In this document: positions 1 to 12,812 of the stretch, in pieces
Layout: each line of letters opens with the position of its first letter
Numbering within the stretch: the stretch's first letter is position 1
Made by a program: the position numbers and the translations under genes
Notes under the pieces: generated by a model
What the model saw: only the letters and a program-made list of their open reading frames with translations
What the model was told of the DNA's origin: nothing
Database searches by the model: none
NCBI RefSeq assembly: GCF_964204645.1
Contig: NC_134026.1
Coordinates: 23,904,150-23,968,149, forward strand
From: Tubulanus polymorphus
Taxonomy: Eukaryota; Animalia; Nemertea
Direction: 5' to 3'
Length of the DNA: 64,000 bases

Positions 1-108
1 TATATCTATTTTTTCCGAGGTGCGCGCGCGAATTATGGAAAGAAATCTCTTCCAAGTCATCGAATTGTGCAGTATCTTTTGTGCGGTGACTGTCCCACGA
101 GAACGCGC

Positions 109-705
109 TTATTTTCTGCGGGTTCTCTGATGTACACCGCCCGTAATTAATACATTTTCTAGCTGGCTGCAGGCTTTGGAGATTCGCGCCACTGGGAAAG
201 TAACGCAATTACAATCACCAAACAGTTTCCTATTGAAGCCAAGTCTACAGACAAGATAGTGATCTAATTGTTCATCAAACCGAAGCAAGTGTAAGATACT
301 TAGCGTATACATCGTTCTGTCGGAATTTATTCCATCTTCCACTTTAACCAAAGTCCCCCAGGTGCAACAATCAGGCGACCAATGATAAGAAGCAACTTCT
401 TTGCCGAAAGTTTCTTCGTGATCATTCACCGTAATCACATTATAAGCACGACAGACTGCTGTGTATCCTGCTGAAAAAGATAGTTTCTTCAGACATATCG
501 CCTCCTCCATAACACAAATCATACACAAATCAAAATATAGACCCTGTTCTTTAAATTCATTGAGATCGACAAGAGTTTCTTGGCGCGAGAAGAAATTACC
601 AAATAACAATCCTTTTCCTCGAGGGTAAGATATCTTGAGAGTAAAACCTGTTCTCCTGGCAGGTGATAAGACATCAGAAAAAAATGATAAAACAAGCATA
701 TACAA
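109..705 (-). other. 198-codon ORF of unknown function (possible exon of a gene running off the left edge)
   Basis: Longest ORF in the first 12 kb, with a plausible acceptor near 660. No motif recognised. Confidence 0.25.
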
Positions 706-3700
706 TGCGTAGCTATATGGGTGTTGATTGGAGCCAATATGTCAAAATTTGTCTTCGGCAAAATGAAACGTACATTAATTGAAAACAAATGAGAAACCGA
801 AGTGAACAAGAAAATTGCTGACGGCAAAATTAGATAGCTTGTCGCCTGTTTCATTTCGTATCTTTTAATCTGCGCTTTACTGACCCGAGGGTTTGAATTA
901 ACTGCTGCAACCTCAATGACAAACTATGAAAATATTTGTTGCGAATCAATAAGAATGGTAACTCAATCAAAAACTAACAGCAGATGGAAAGAAAACATGT
1001 CAATCCCATGGGCATCGAACTATCGTCGGCTCGTTGCGGGAGAGACAAATATTCATAGGTTTTAATTATGTTACTAGCATTACGACTCCTCTAGGATGGT
1101 AACACTTCTAAATAGGCTTGCACGATTGATACACACGTAAATTAAGTCATAGCATGATTTCGAGCAGGGGGTGACGACAACCGGGGAAATCTGGTAAACA
1201 AACGACACCAGTCGAAATTTATTTTGACGCAGCTGCAGTGCAAGATGCAGCTGCAATGTTCACGTAGAATCTTATAAAGTTAAGCTCAAAAATCTTTTAC
1301 CAGTTCTTTCTTTTTCACGCAACAGCGGATTGTACAAGAGTTTTGCTGTTGACCTGATACTGAGCATACGTAAGTTTTTATGTGATATTCGTGTTTGGTG
1401 AAGTTACACCATATCGTTCGTAGTGAAAAATTGAACTTTTCGTCCGTGTCTATTCGGGCTTATGCCGACGCCATCTGATCTATCACGTGCGCTGTAGATG
1501 AAGTTGAAAAAGACATTTGGGCTCAAGAGAAAAACACCGACTTAAACACTAGAGCTCAACAACGGGATCCGAACGCATATTATTTTTTACGCATACATCC
1601 AGATAGCGACGTCTCTGTTGAGAGATGTGAGGAAAGCTCATTTCCAGCTTCATAAATGCCCGATTAGGTAGCGATAGTTGCCATCACAGGGAGGGATTGA
1701 TCGCCTCAACATGAATTATGTATGAATCATAAAGCCATGAACATCGGTACCGTTTAAGAGCACTCCTAAGACTCAGCGTCAAAAATCCCCGTACTGCGCG
1801 CTCACATTATTCTAATGTGAATATTAAAAGCTGATTTATACAAAAGACAATGATTAGAAACATCCGCCAATGTCTTCGTTTACGCATCGATGAACTTCGG
1901 CCAAATAACAAGTTTTCTACAAAAGATGACAGCTGGGCCTTTGATTTGGAAAAGCATATCCGTGGTATTTACGTACACCACCTTATATGTGGCTTTATTA
2001 TGTATATATGCATTGTGCAATGATAAGAAATGGTGAAAGTGGGACCGAAAAAAATTCATTTACTATTTATGACGTAATCAGTGTCAAGCACTGTCTTATT
2101 TGGGTGGGCATTTGGTAGCCTTTTTTCATCGCGGTGAACTATATTTTTTTTAAGATGCCGGGATTTACTTATTCATTGCTCTTATTTGTAGGATAAAAAA
2201 AGCATTTTCTGAACGCATTCCCGCTTGAGGATCCTCGCTTGAGACTTAAACATTACAGCGTTTTAACACACGAGAGCTGTGGGGTCCAACTAATTTACTG
2301 CTCCACTATAATTACATCTCAATGTAACTCGATGCACAGTAAGGTGGAATTCATTCAAAATGATTCGCATACAGAGAAAAAAACTGATTAATAGATAAGC
2401 TGCAAGTTGTGAATTATTGCTCGCGACAAGTTACAACAAATAAATATAGCTCGACTGTCACATTACTTCTACTAGAGCAGTTGCACTGAAATCTGATTGC
2501 GTGAGGCGGTTCGGACAATGCTCGAGATGAAGTTAACAAGTTTAACGGTATCATATCTCGTTTAACCAAGTGTGTCCAAGCCGATTAGGCATTTGTAACC
2601 AAATACTGAAAATGCAATTGGAGATTATACCCGTAGTGCTGTCAATATTATTTTTCCCTACGTCTGAGTCATTCTGAAAAAGTTTCCGGGATGTGGCGTT
2701 GGTGAAAGCTGACTTAGTCATGGCGTCATTAGACCCTATATCTTCTTAGGGCCGACTTCCATGACCAAGAAAAATCAACAAATGATTTTGATAAGTGATT
2801 CTAAAACAGACGAATTTAAAAATTTCCATGACGGGAATATTTGCAGCCCCAGCGCTTTGTTTTTTTAAAGAAACTCTAACTCTGTAGTTTGATGAAAATA
2901 GTTTTGTGTTCAGATAAGGTAGTTTAGTTGAAGCACCTTTGCAAGTCAGCTAATAAGACACCGTTAGCTGCTTTGAAAGAAAGCAAGCAAGGGAAGTTTT
3001 TGCTTGAATTTCATGAAAAAATTAGAAGACGTCTTTGTCAATGCGTCGATCATTCGTGTCGAGCGATTGGTCATCGGCACGCTAGCAAAACACACCGCAT
3101 CAATCATTCACAAAACTAACAAGCAGAACCTATAAAAATAAGATGTTCACAATAGCAGAGACACGAGCCGATAGACGAAATCTGTTCCATATCCCACACA
3201 ATCAAATCATTGCTAGTTATACTATTATCAATTATTCACCAATCCTACAAACGGCTGCTTTTCAAGGCGGGCCATCTCACCAAAAGAAATCATTAGAAAT
3301 CTCGGCGATCGTACAGCCATTAGAGTCTCGATTCGATAGATTTTCTTGTTTCCAATTTACTGAGGATGAATTATTCAAATAACAATTAACAAAATGTATT
3401 GTAAGTTGCATCCGTTGTCGCAGCACCAGTCGCAGTAATATATCCAGTCACCGCGTAAACGTGAGATGCAGAAAATAGACGATACGCCTCGCCGAAAACA
3501 AAGAATGCGATAAGATTGTAATTGTTCATCACTGCGGATGATTTGTTGGACAATACGAAAAAGAAAGATACTTAACCCTTAGAGGTTTTAGGTGAATGGA
3601 TAATCTCTGAAACGATGAGCTGTTTCAAATTGGATTGGTAAAACGAGAACATGCGACAAGATATGGAAATCTGAGGTATTGCGCTGCCGTGGAATTAAGT

Positions 3701-6700
3701 CAGCTTTCGTAAATTTCTTTCGGTGGAAAATGTCCTTTGACAATATCGAACTTCCAGCAGGTCTGTACGCTGGAAGAAACACGCGACAAGCGATTTTTGT
3801 GCCGTGCATCAGTGATTTCTAAACCATCGAATGTTCAAGCCAAATAGACAGATCACTGTCAGCAGTGATGATGCAGATATATATTCATGAATGTGTCCGG
3901 CCACATTATCAGAGTTCACAAAAAAAACAAAAAATCCGCCTATACTTGAATGGTTGAAGCTGAATGGAGTGTCAGCCCAAGTGTAGAATCCGGTTAAGTA
4001 TTTCTAGTCATCCAGTCGCCCGTGTTACGTTACGTGTACATTCGGTAGGTCTTATCACGTCATAATGAAAAACCGAATTACTACCAATGTATAGGATATG
4101 TTCCTAATACACCATTGCACTATCAGCCCGTATTTTACTCTCGGGCCGGAGTTTCTATGGCCTGATATAAGGGATATATAACATGCTAAACCAAGAACAG
4201 TTTCTAGTGAAATAGAACATAGTATTGTAAGTAATACCCCTTACAACAGAAAGGCAGTAAGGAATGGAGGTGAAGGGGTTTGAGATATAAATCGAGAAGA
4301 AATTCGTTGATGGTATACGAAAATTCCTATTCCGTAAAGTGCTTTGAGACTCCCCGGTCTATCGTTTTCGCATGGCAAAGTCTCATCTCGGAAACAATTA
4401 ACACATTTTGTTTGTCGTTGAATAGCGGCAAGGTAGGCTATTAGTACGCCTATGCAGATACTTCAATTTACACATCTTGTCTCGAAGTCCTGCAGTTGAC
4501 AGCAATCACTCCGGAACAAAAGTGTCGAAGATGCCACAATTATCAACACTTCTCATTGCATGATGTCTGGCTAAGCACACGAAGCGAATACCCCGCATAT
4601 AACACCCAAGATTGCATGACATGATAAAATCTAATTGCTGCAACGTGGGTTTATTGTATTTTCCGAATTTTCCGCTTCAACGGCGAATAGAGAGTTCATT
4701 GTTTTCGGTTCATTGTTCATCAGTAAAGGTTAAGATCCTGGCGTGTCCAGGCGCACCTGCTCCACTTTCATTTTCGTGAATGATATGGACAATTTTTGAG
4801 TCATAGAAAACTCCTGATATAGTATTAACGCAAATAACGCCTTGCTCGCGCTCTTCTCCTACGATTACTTTCAGAACGAATTTGTATGATAAGCAAGTCA
4901 ATCTATTATTGCGTATTTATACGGAACACAACGAACTCGACAAGAAATGTCTAACATTCCTAAATTTCCATTGTTTTAGAATTCACAAAAAGATTTCGAG
5001 AAGTCTATCTTTAGAGATTTCAAGAAAATGATATGGACTTTTCTCTAGCAGACTAGAAATAATAGGCATGTATTAATCATTAAGCCACGTAAAACGGCCA
5101 TCAAGGTAATTACACATGAAGAACTTGGCATGCTACACTTTGACGATGTTTCAACTAAAACATGCACTTAATCAGTTTTAAACGAGCGTGCTACATCCCC
5201 GGGGATCTACCTGCAAATTCCCGATGGGCTACGACACCGCGTCCCAACATGATTCATGAGAAAACTGATAATCCTGCTTGGCCAGCGTGAGCTACCCGTT
5301 AGACAACGCATAGAAGATTTATAACAGCCCGAGGTTAGCGCTTAATCCCCGGCGGTCCTATACATCATGCGGGAGGAGTACTAGAAACTTGCCTCAGTAA
5401 TCCCCTCTCTTCATTTACCACTCATTATCCAGGGACAACCTAAGTGTCGCTTTAGAGCCAATAATAGGACTGGATTGTCATATTTTCAACGCGCACAAAA
5501 GAATATATTCACTTTTACAGGGTCTACCTGGTAGCATTAACATTGAGATTATGACAGTTTTCCTATTACGGATGTCCCTCAATCATTTATTACCAGCTAT
5601 TCCCAGGGCTGACGCGCGCTAAACGCAAACTACAAAAGCTGGCGCTTTGATTACGGATAAAACTGCTATGGATGAATTGTTTTACACCTTAAACATTATA
5701 TTTATGACACCTTTCAACAGATCTTGAAGACTGAAGTCGCCTTTATGGATCATCCAGGACTCATCTAACACGTTTTTATTAATCCCAATACGCGATAGTG
5801 CCGAGACAATTTAGTATTAATCTCTCTCGGCGGAATTCCGGATCCTGCAATAAATGTTCACTCGAAATAAAACTGAAATTATCAAATCTGTTCGTTGCGT
5901 CGAGCTGGGAATCTCCACGAATCTCCGGATGGAGCTTCATAATCGTAAAGTCTGACAAAGACGAAGACGACGGGTCTAAATCATCATAAATATTTAAGGC
6001 GAATTCCACGAAATGTCCATTAGATAAACGTTAAATTATAAACAGACAAGATTTCTTGACAATATTTGAATTCATTTGACGGTCATATATCATAAAACAT
6101 GTATACATATAATGATATTCACTACTTTGACAATGGTTCGCTCCAATTCGCTATTAGTTGAGGCAAATACATAAACTTTTAAACACATTTATAGTTTTTT
6201 CTTTAATTTGTAATACGAGAAATTGCTGAATTTCACGTATGAATGTTGTCCAGTGATATCATATTTCGCAGGTAGAACTGTGTGGCGCACGTTCCCTATT
6301 GTCGGCGCATATAGAAATACTAGTAAGCAGTGTTTGTAGTAAAACATAGCCACCCCCATCCGCATCATTCTGTACTCGGCTAATATTTAGAGTTATGAAG
6401 TTTCCGGTGGGCGCCCGATGAACGCCACGTGGCCCCAGTTGACGTTTTAATGTCAATAAAGTACCATCACGATCACCAGAAGCCGAGTAAATATTAACCG
6501 ATCACTTGCCTGCACGAGGATCGTCGACACTTCCCTAACAACTTCCCCTTTCAGAATGAAGAGGTTTGATGAATTTACCGACTTCCTGAAATCGAGATGC
6601 CAGCTCAATCAAACACTATATACGCCGAGCCAGACCCAACCGTCAACTTCTCTCGCAGTTATGGCGGTAAAATAAATCGAATTTTCCCGATTCGGACATC

Positions 6701-9700
6701 GATGGTTTTCTTCTGTCCAAAGAGATGTCATACATATTTCTGATGTGCGAATAGGATAAAGAGCGTCCGGACGCAACACACACAAATGATTTTCGAAATC
6801 ATCTCCACTGCCACAAAATCGTGATCACAGAATTATACACAATTATTCTCTCTAAATCACTATATCCGTCATGTATTATGAATGAGTATAATACGACGTA
6901 AATATCCTACAATTGTAACTGAGCTAAAATGTCTTAAGTGACTCATGTCTTATTTCATATTTACACTGACACCATTTGATACTGAAGAATGGTGGTAAAC
7001 CACTCAAATTAACAGTTGAATAATCAATACTTGTGGAATTTCTATGTTTTATTTTATGTTATTCTATATATTTTCTGAGTTCAAGATCTTATTTCGAATA
7101 TTTCTACCCACATATTTGCCTTTTCGTCTTATGTGGTGGAACACGTTTGAGGAGATTCCTTTTTGTCCTACGTATGTGAAAGTTGACGTCGCAAGAGATT
7201 TCGATATGAGATTCAGTCGAGCGCGTCACTAACCGGCGTTGCCGAACGGGTAGGGCGATCGCCTCAGACGCACGAGGGTCCGAGAACGAGACTAAGGTCT
7301 GAGGTCGCCCACACCTAGCGAGCGGACACACCTACGTTAATGCAAACAGGATAGATAAGGATTTCAACTTTCTTTTCTTTTTTTGCTAACCTCAACACCC
7401 TTCACGATGCGTTGACAGTCAGCTGACGTAAATTAGATGCTTTCACCCAAAGACACATGGCAAAAAGGTCGAAAAGTATAGATGATTTGCCTTCAATTCT
7501 GGAACGTCACTTATCCATTACTGATTCCTAAATCTCTGGATATCATCATTTAGACGTTTTCCTCGTCGGATTGTTAGACGCGGTTTGCCACCATGGTTTT
7601 GAACTTTTCAGACGCGTTGGAAACGAGGCAGATACACGCATCGTATGTAGCCGGTGACACCGCAACCTCGACGCGGGAAGAGCTTCTGCGCAAAATGTCA
7701 AAGTTGCCTCTGCATATAAATTGGTAATTACATTGCAGCCTCTTTCTGAGGAGAAAAAATAATAACTTCGTGATCGAGTCGTGGGGATGACGGAAATAAC
7801 TTTGCAACAGATTAATTAAGTTACTAATTGAAGCGAGAGAGACGAGAGCGAGGAAGACTACACACACACAAACCAGACCGACTGTTATATCATACTGCAA
7901 TACGACTTCGGGGATTCAATGAACTTTATTTCACAAATAAATTCCATTCAGAATACCTACGACGTAATCTACATATGAGAATATGAAAAAAACCACCCGG
8001 TGATAATCATTGCTACGAAAATATGAAAATCCTTTGAAAAAAATGATTAAGAAAACAAGCACGAATGCGTATTGAAAAGGGAATGTTATTGTTTTATGGC
8101 GGTTTTGTCTCTTTGTAAGTGAACATTAATTTGAACATTGTTATCTTGTCAACGCCAAAAGTCGAAAATATATTATCAATTTCAAACGGCAAAGAATATA
8201 TCGGGTAACATATGCATGAAAAGACAGTATAACGATAGGAGAATATTCGCCATATGTTGATATAGTCGGGCAATTTTGTTACATTTTGTCACGTCGAGTG
8301 AAAGCGAATGATTAAATAGCGTTTACACATTTTATACACATGTATCATGTACATATTCATTTTCACTCGATTCGCCCGACTAGTAATTAATTATACGGAC
8401 GTATTGTAATAATGCAAATATAACAATTCTTATGAGCTGGAGAGAGTTCGGCAAGGTGGCGATCTCTTGATTGTTTTGCGCCACGCTGTTGCGGTATTCC
8501 AAAACAGTACAGACGTCATCAATACAACACATTTTTGATTTATGACCGTCACACACCTGTGTAGAAGTTGTTGTTTGATGGATGTTTTCGTGGCTTTTCA
8601 TTGTGTTCTGATATCTGTGATACCGCGTCGACAAATCTGTTTCAGCGTTGGGGATTGCATCGTCTGTTAAGTTCGATTATATGAGCAAAATTCCATTTTT
8701 AACGTGTCATCTATATCTAATTGATGAGATATAACATATGTGATATATATACATATATCACGGTTTTACTATAAACAGATCACCCGTATATACGTTATTC
8801 ATAAATCAAACTCATTTTTTAAAGAGAAAAATAAAACATATTGAAAGCGTGATTGTTTTCACTTTGATTAATGAGATGATAACGACTTTTGGTCGAATCA
8901 AAAATCATGATTAGAAATGTAAGTTTATTAATTTCCTATCATCGAGAAATATCGCTTCATCCAAGAATTGACTAGATATTTTAATAACTAAGAACCATCG
9001 TTTGACAATTAACAATTTGATGGTAAAACCCAAAGCATTTGAGAAAAATGAATCGGAAGCTGAGACAATACGATGCTCCCTTGCGGCAACCTCATGAGTT
9101 ACATCACATTTTCATTTTCACAAGTTCGCTAAAACCAGACCTATGTGTCCAAACCAACACTATAAACGTTCACTTGTGCCGAGACTCAAATACTCAAATA
9201 CTCGGTGAAATTGTAAAGAATTTTTCAACGTATTACAACGGGTCTTTTGATTATAAAATCATCTACGTACTTACCCTGATTGCAATGATTGCCGGACAAT
9301 ATTATGATCGTAGGCGACAAAAAATGAATAAATCCTTGCTACGCGTGTGTCATCGTTCAGGCGACGTTTATCCCAAACAGCGTCCACGTTCTTACTGATA
9401 TCATAAGCAATTTGCTTAGCTCGAAAATCGTTCATTTCCATCTGAAATTGGGTTTCAGTCGAATAGTGGCTTTTAATTTTCCTTCGAGTGTGCCAACCAA
9501 TTAATTCGCCACACCAGCTAGCACAAACAGCATATTCTATACCCGTATCGGATCTTTACGTAGAACTTTTAATTTCGTTTCCAAATTAACTGTTAGCCCA
9601 GCACGTCGACTGAGGTCAAATTAATCATTCTCGGTTTACAATCAGAAGCCATTAACCGGGGGAAATGATGCGCCGACGAATTTCCATCAATCAACGAAAA

Positions 9701-12554
9701 CCCGATTTATATAGAGGATGCAATTTTCAAGATATGTATATACATGTATACATGGGATGATTATTGAATCTTCACTGATCGCACATCAAGGATCAAATAA
9801 TCGAAATAATGCATTGATTGGAAAGGATTTCAATTAAATGTTTACTTTTATAAACGCAGAGATACATGTCGTAATGAATTCGAGAGCGGTTAAAATATTT
9901 AGCAATTAGATGAAAAATATAGTGGAAAACGGATGATTAAAACGCCAAAATCGAGCTAACTGAATAAAACTTCCAATGTAAAATTGAATTTTATTTCATT
10001 GAATATACACATATTTTCCATTCGGTGGTACGGACGTGATCTGCAAGGTAAGAATACAATATTTAGGCTCAAAAATCCGCATTTCTCTGATGCTTTTTTC
10101 TGGAATTCATAAAGCAATCTACTCAAGATATATGATACCAATGAAGCCAAACGGATCCGTAGTCAAGTATAGATAAAAACCAAATATTCACAGCGTCGTA
10201 TTTTAGCGATTATTTTCATTTTTGCGTCGATCGCCAATCAAATATTGATGACTGATACGAGTTGTTTCGTTCGAATCAGATTGCGACGCGCTCCGATGGA
10301 AATAGATCTGGCGACGCATTTGGCGCGGTGTGAAATCCAAGCAGACAATATTTATCTCCGTTCGAGTTGTAGTTGTCTTATTCGGTCCGTTCTAAATTGT
10401 TGTCACTGAGGATTTACAAGACTAATCTACCATTAGCCTCATTAATGCAGGCAGACCGGGTTCTTCGGTGTCTCCCCAATCTTGCGCAGCTGAATACATC
10501 GCTCGTGAGATATGTATCACTTGATTTATTGCAGCTCCGAGTTGGATTTGGATGAATGTCGCGATCATATCTTGACGCAAAGACTTCTTAATGATGAAAC
10601 TATGTAAATATTGTATGAATTTGATGATGATTTTGTGAAGACTTCCAGGACGATCGTACATCCAAACTTTTTATTCATCCATGTTTTACTAATCGTTGCC
10701 CTAAAGAGTGTTTGTCTTCCGCATATACGCATTATAGATAAGTTCGAGCTGTACGAAGACAAAAGCAAAGAAATAAGAAATATATATGAGAGCCAATCAA
10801 AAGCAGTGTCACTGTCAGAGCAGGGATGTCTCATTTTATGATGTATCTGTATTTATAAACGTACATATCTATATTTTGGTCGGCCAAGAAATTATAGGGG
10901 CCACAACATCCATCACCCCGTCCCCGCTAAATTCTACATGTAAGTTCTTATCACTTGTGCCTGTTTCCGGGAAGACAGTTCGCCGTGTGGTTGACTTGCC
11001 GCCTGATGGGCAATATTTACGGTAGTTGATAATAATTTATGTACATGGTATTAATGTTTAGCTGCTTCGACAATGCCGTACAGTTAGGAGACATCGGGGA
11101 GTCGTACATCTTCTATTGTCCATTAGTTCAGCGGGTCCGGGCCGCCGAACGACCGCGGAAATGATGACCGCGGCTGATAATGCTTTCCAAGAGCATACCA
11201 GAAGACGGCGGGTAACTTTAACCTTAAAGAATACCAGTAAATGGTTCATCTAATGGCCTTTGTTTCGGGCATCAATCATTCGCGCAGAGACAGTGGGGAG
11301 ATTCTATACATGATAAAGTGGCCATCGGGCAGTCCGAAGAATATACAGCTAAGATTAACAGGGGATTATCAGGATCAGATGTATCATTTAAAATGTTGCA
11401 GATTAGCGCCGTGAAATAAATGTTTTGGCGTGAATTTGCCAATCGAATAACGTTTGAAGTGCATAAAAACCCTTTTCTCTGTCGTTCGCTTCCTACTCAG
11501 TTTCTTTTGCAAATAAGTAAAACTGATTTTCCTATACCTAACACGCGGACCCTACAGATTAGTGATTCCTGGATATAAGGAGTTAGGATAATAATTTCAA
11601 ATTTCGAGGAGTGTCTGCATCACTTTGTTACCCCAATTACTGTCTCGGTAAACCATTAATTTGATAGTATTGTAAGCACATCATCCTTTCCTACAATACC
11701 TTAACTTGGTTTCTAATTCGGTAAACCGCATAATTGGGGCAAAAAACCAGGTCTCAACTACGGTATATCGATTTAGCGGTACTCTTCTGTACAAACTGGA
11801 TACACATTTTTATTGCCAATTTCTCCGAATTGAAGCAGTTTTGGGAACTTCGTTCAAATCAAAGGAGTTTCCAAGCATCTTTAAAAGCATTTTCCGTTTT
11901 GAAGAAATCGAATTAAGGGACCCTACAACATAGACATTTCACAATTTCAAAACGCCCCATTTCGCAATCTGATCGATCGGGTTCACAGGTAGACATTTGG
12001 GCGGCTTTTTACTAGGGATTCTCAATCGACAACGCAGTTCCTGGTCACACGAGCATCTAAACCAATGAAACAACTAAATCCAGACGCCATCTATAAGGAA
12101 AGAAATATACTTTATTCATACCAGAAAACTTGCAATTCATACACAGAAAATAACAATAAAATGCGTCTCATTTTGAAAAACGAAGAAAGATACGGTGTAT
12201 TTATAATCTATCTACATCGGAGGTTTTAATAAAATCTATTTGAATACTGATAAACATGACTTATTTTCAATTCAATATAATCTAACTACACATAATACAA
12301 AAATACACATACAAAATGAAATTCTAACAAACTGGGAAGAATCAAGTTCAACATCTTACCTAGATTTTCCAGACATCACCTTTATTACAAGTAGTGATAC
12401 AATTTATGTACAGCTTATGTGAAAAGCATCACTCTAAATTATGACATAATATTTGACAACACCATTCTTTCTAGATTTTCCGGCAAAGTACATTCTGATC
12501 TCAGATTTGTACACAAACACTAAGATTAAAGAACAATGTGTTTAACATTAGCAC

Positions 12555-12700
12555 TACAATAGACCTCACTTAATTCGGATTTTCAGTAAATTCCGATGAA
12601 ATATTTGGCCCAGTTAGCCTGGAACCATGTAAACTATCATTCATTATTTAGAGAAATCTGGGCTGTCCTTAGTCATCCGAATTAAGTATGTTCTACTGTA
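12555..12700. mobile_element. Tc1/mariner-pogo-type MITE in ESCO 3' UTR
   Basis: Imperfect terminal inverted repeats TACAATAGACCTCACTTAATTCGGAT / ATCCGAATTAAGTATGTTCTACTGTA, with TA at both ends and no coding capacity. Confidence 0.65.
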
Positions 12701-12812
12701 TAAATAAATGCAGGAATTGCACAGTCATGAAGAAGTGCGTTAAACTCAAGATCCATTTTATTTAATAATCTGTAGCACCTGTAAACAGTTATTTGCATTA
12801 CAGGTTAATACA

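Noticed and set aside
5195-5610. Cluster of TCCC-NN-GGG (COE/EBF-like) motifs
   Set aside because: Only one full match (TCCCCGGGGA). The rest are degenerate and the target gene is unknown.
800-12000. Numerous 60-120 aa ORFs (e.g. 5779-6009, 7574-7900, 9039-9398, 10565-10841)
   Set aside because: No recognisable motifs and no consistent splice chain. This density is expected by chance; the region is probably intronic or regulatory DNA.
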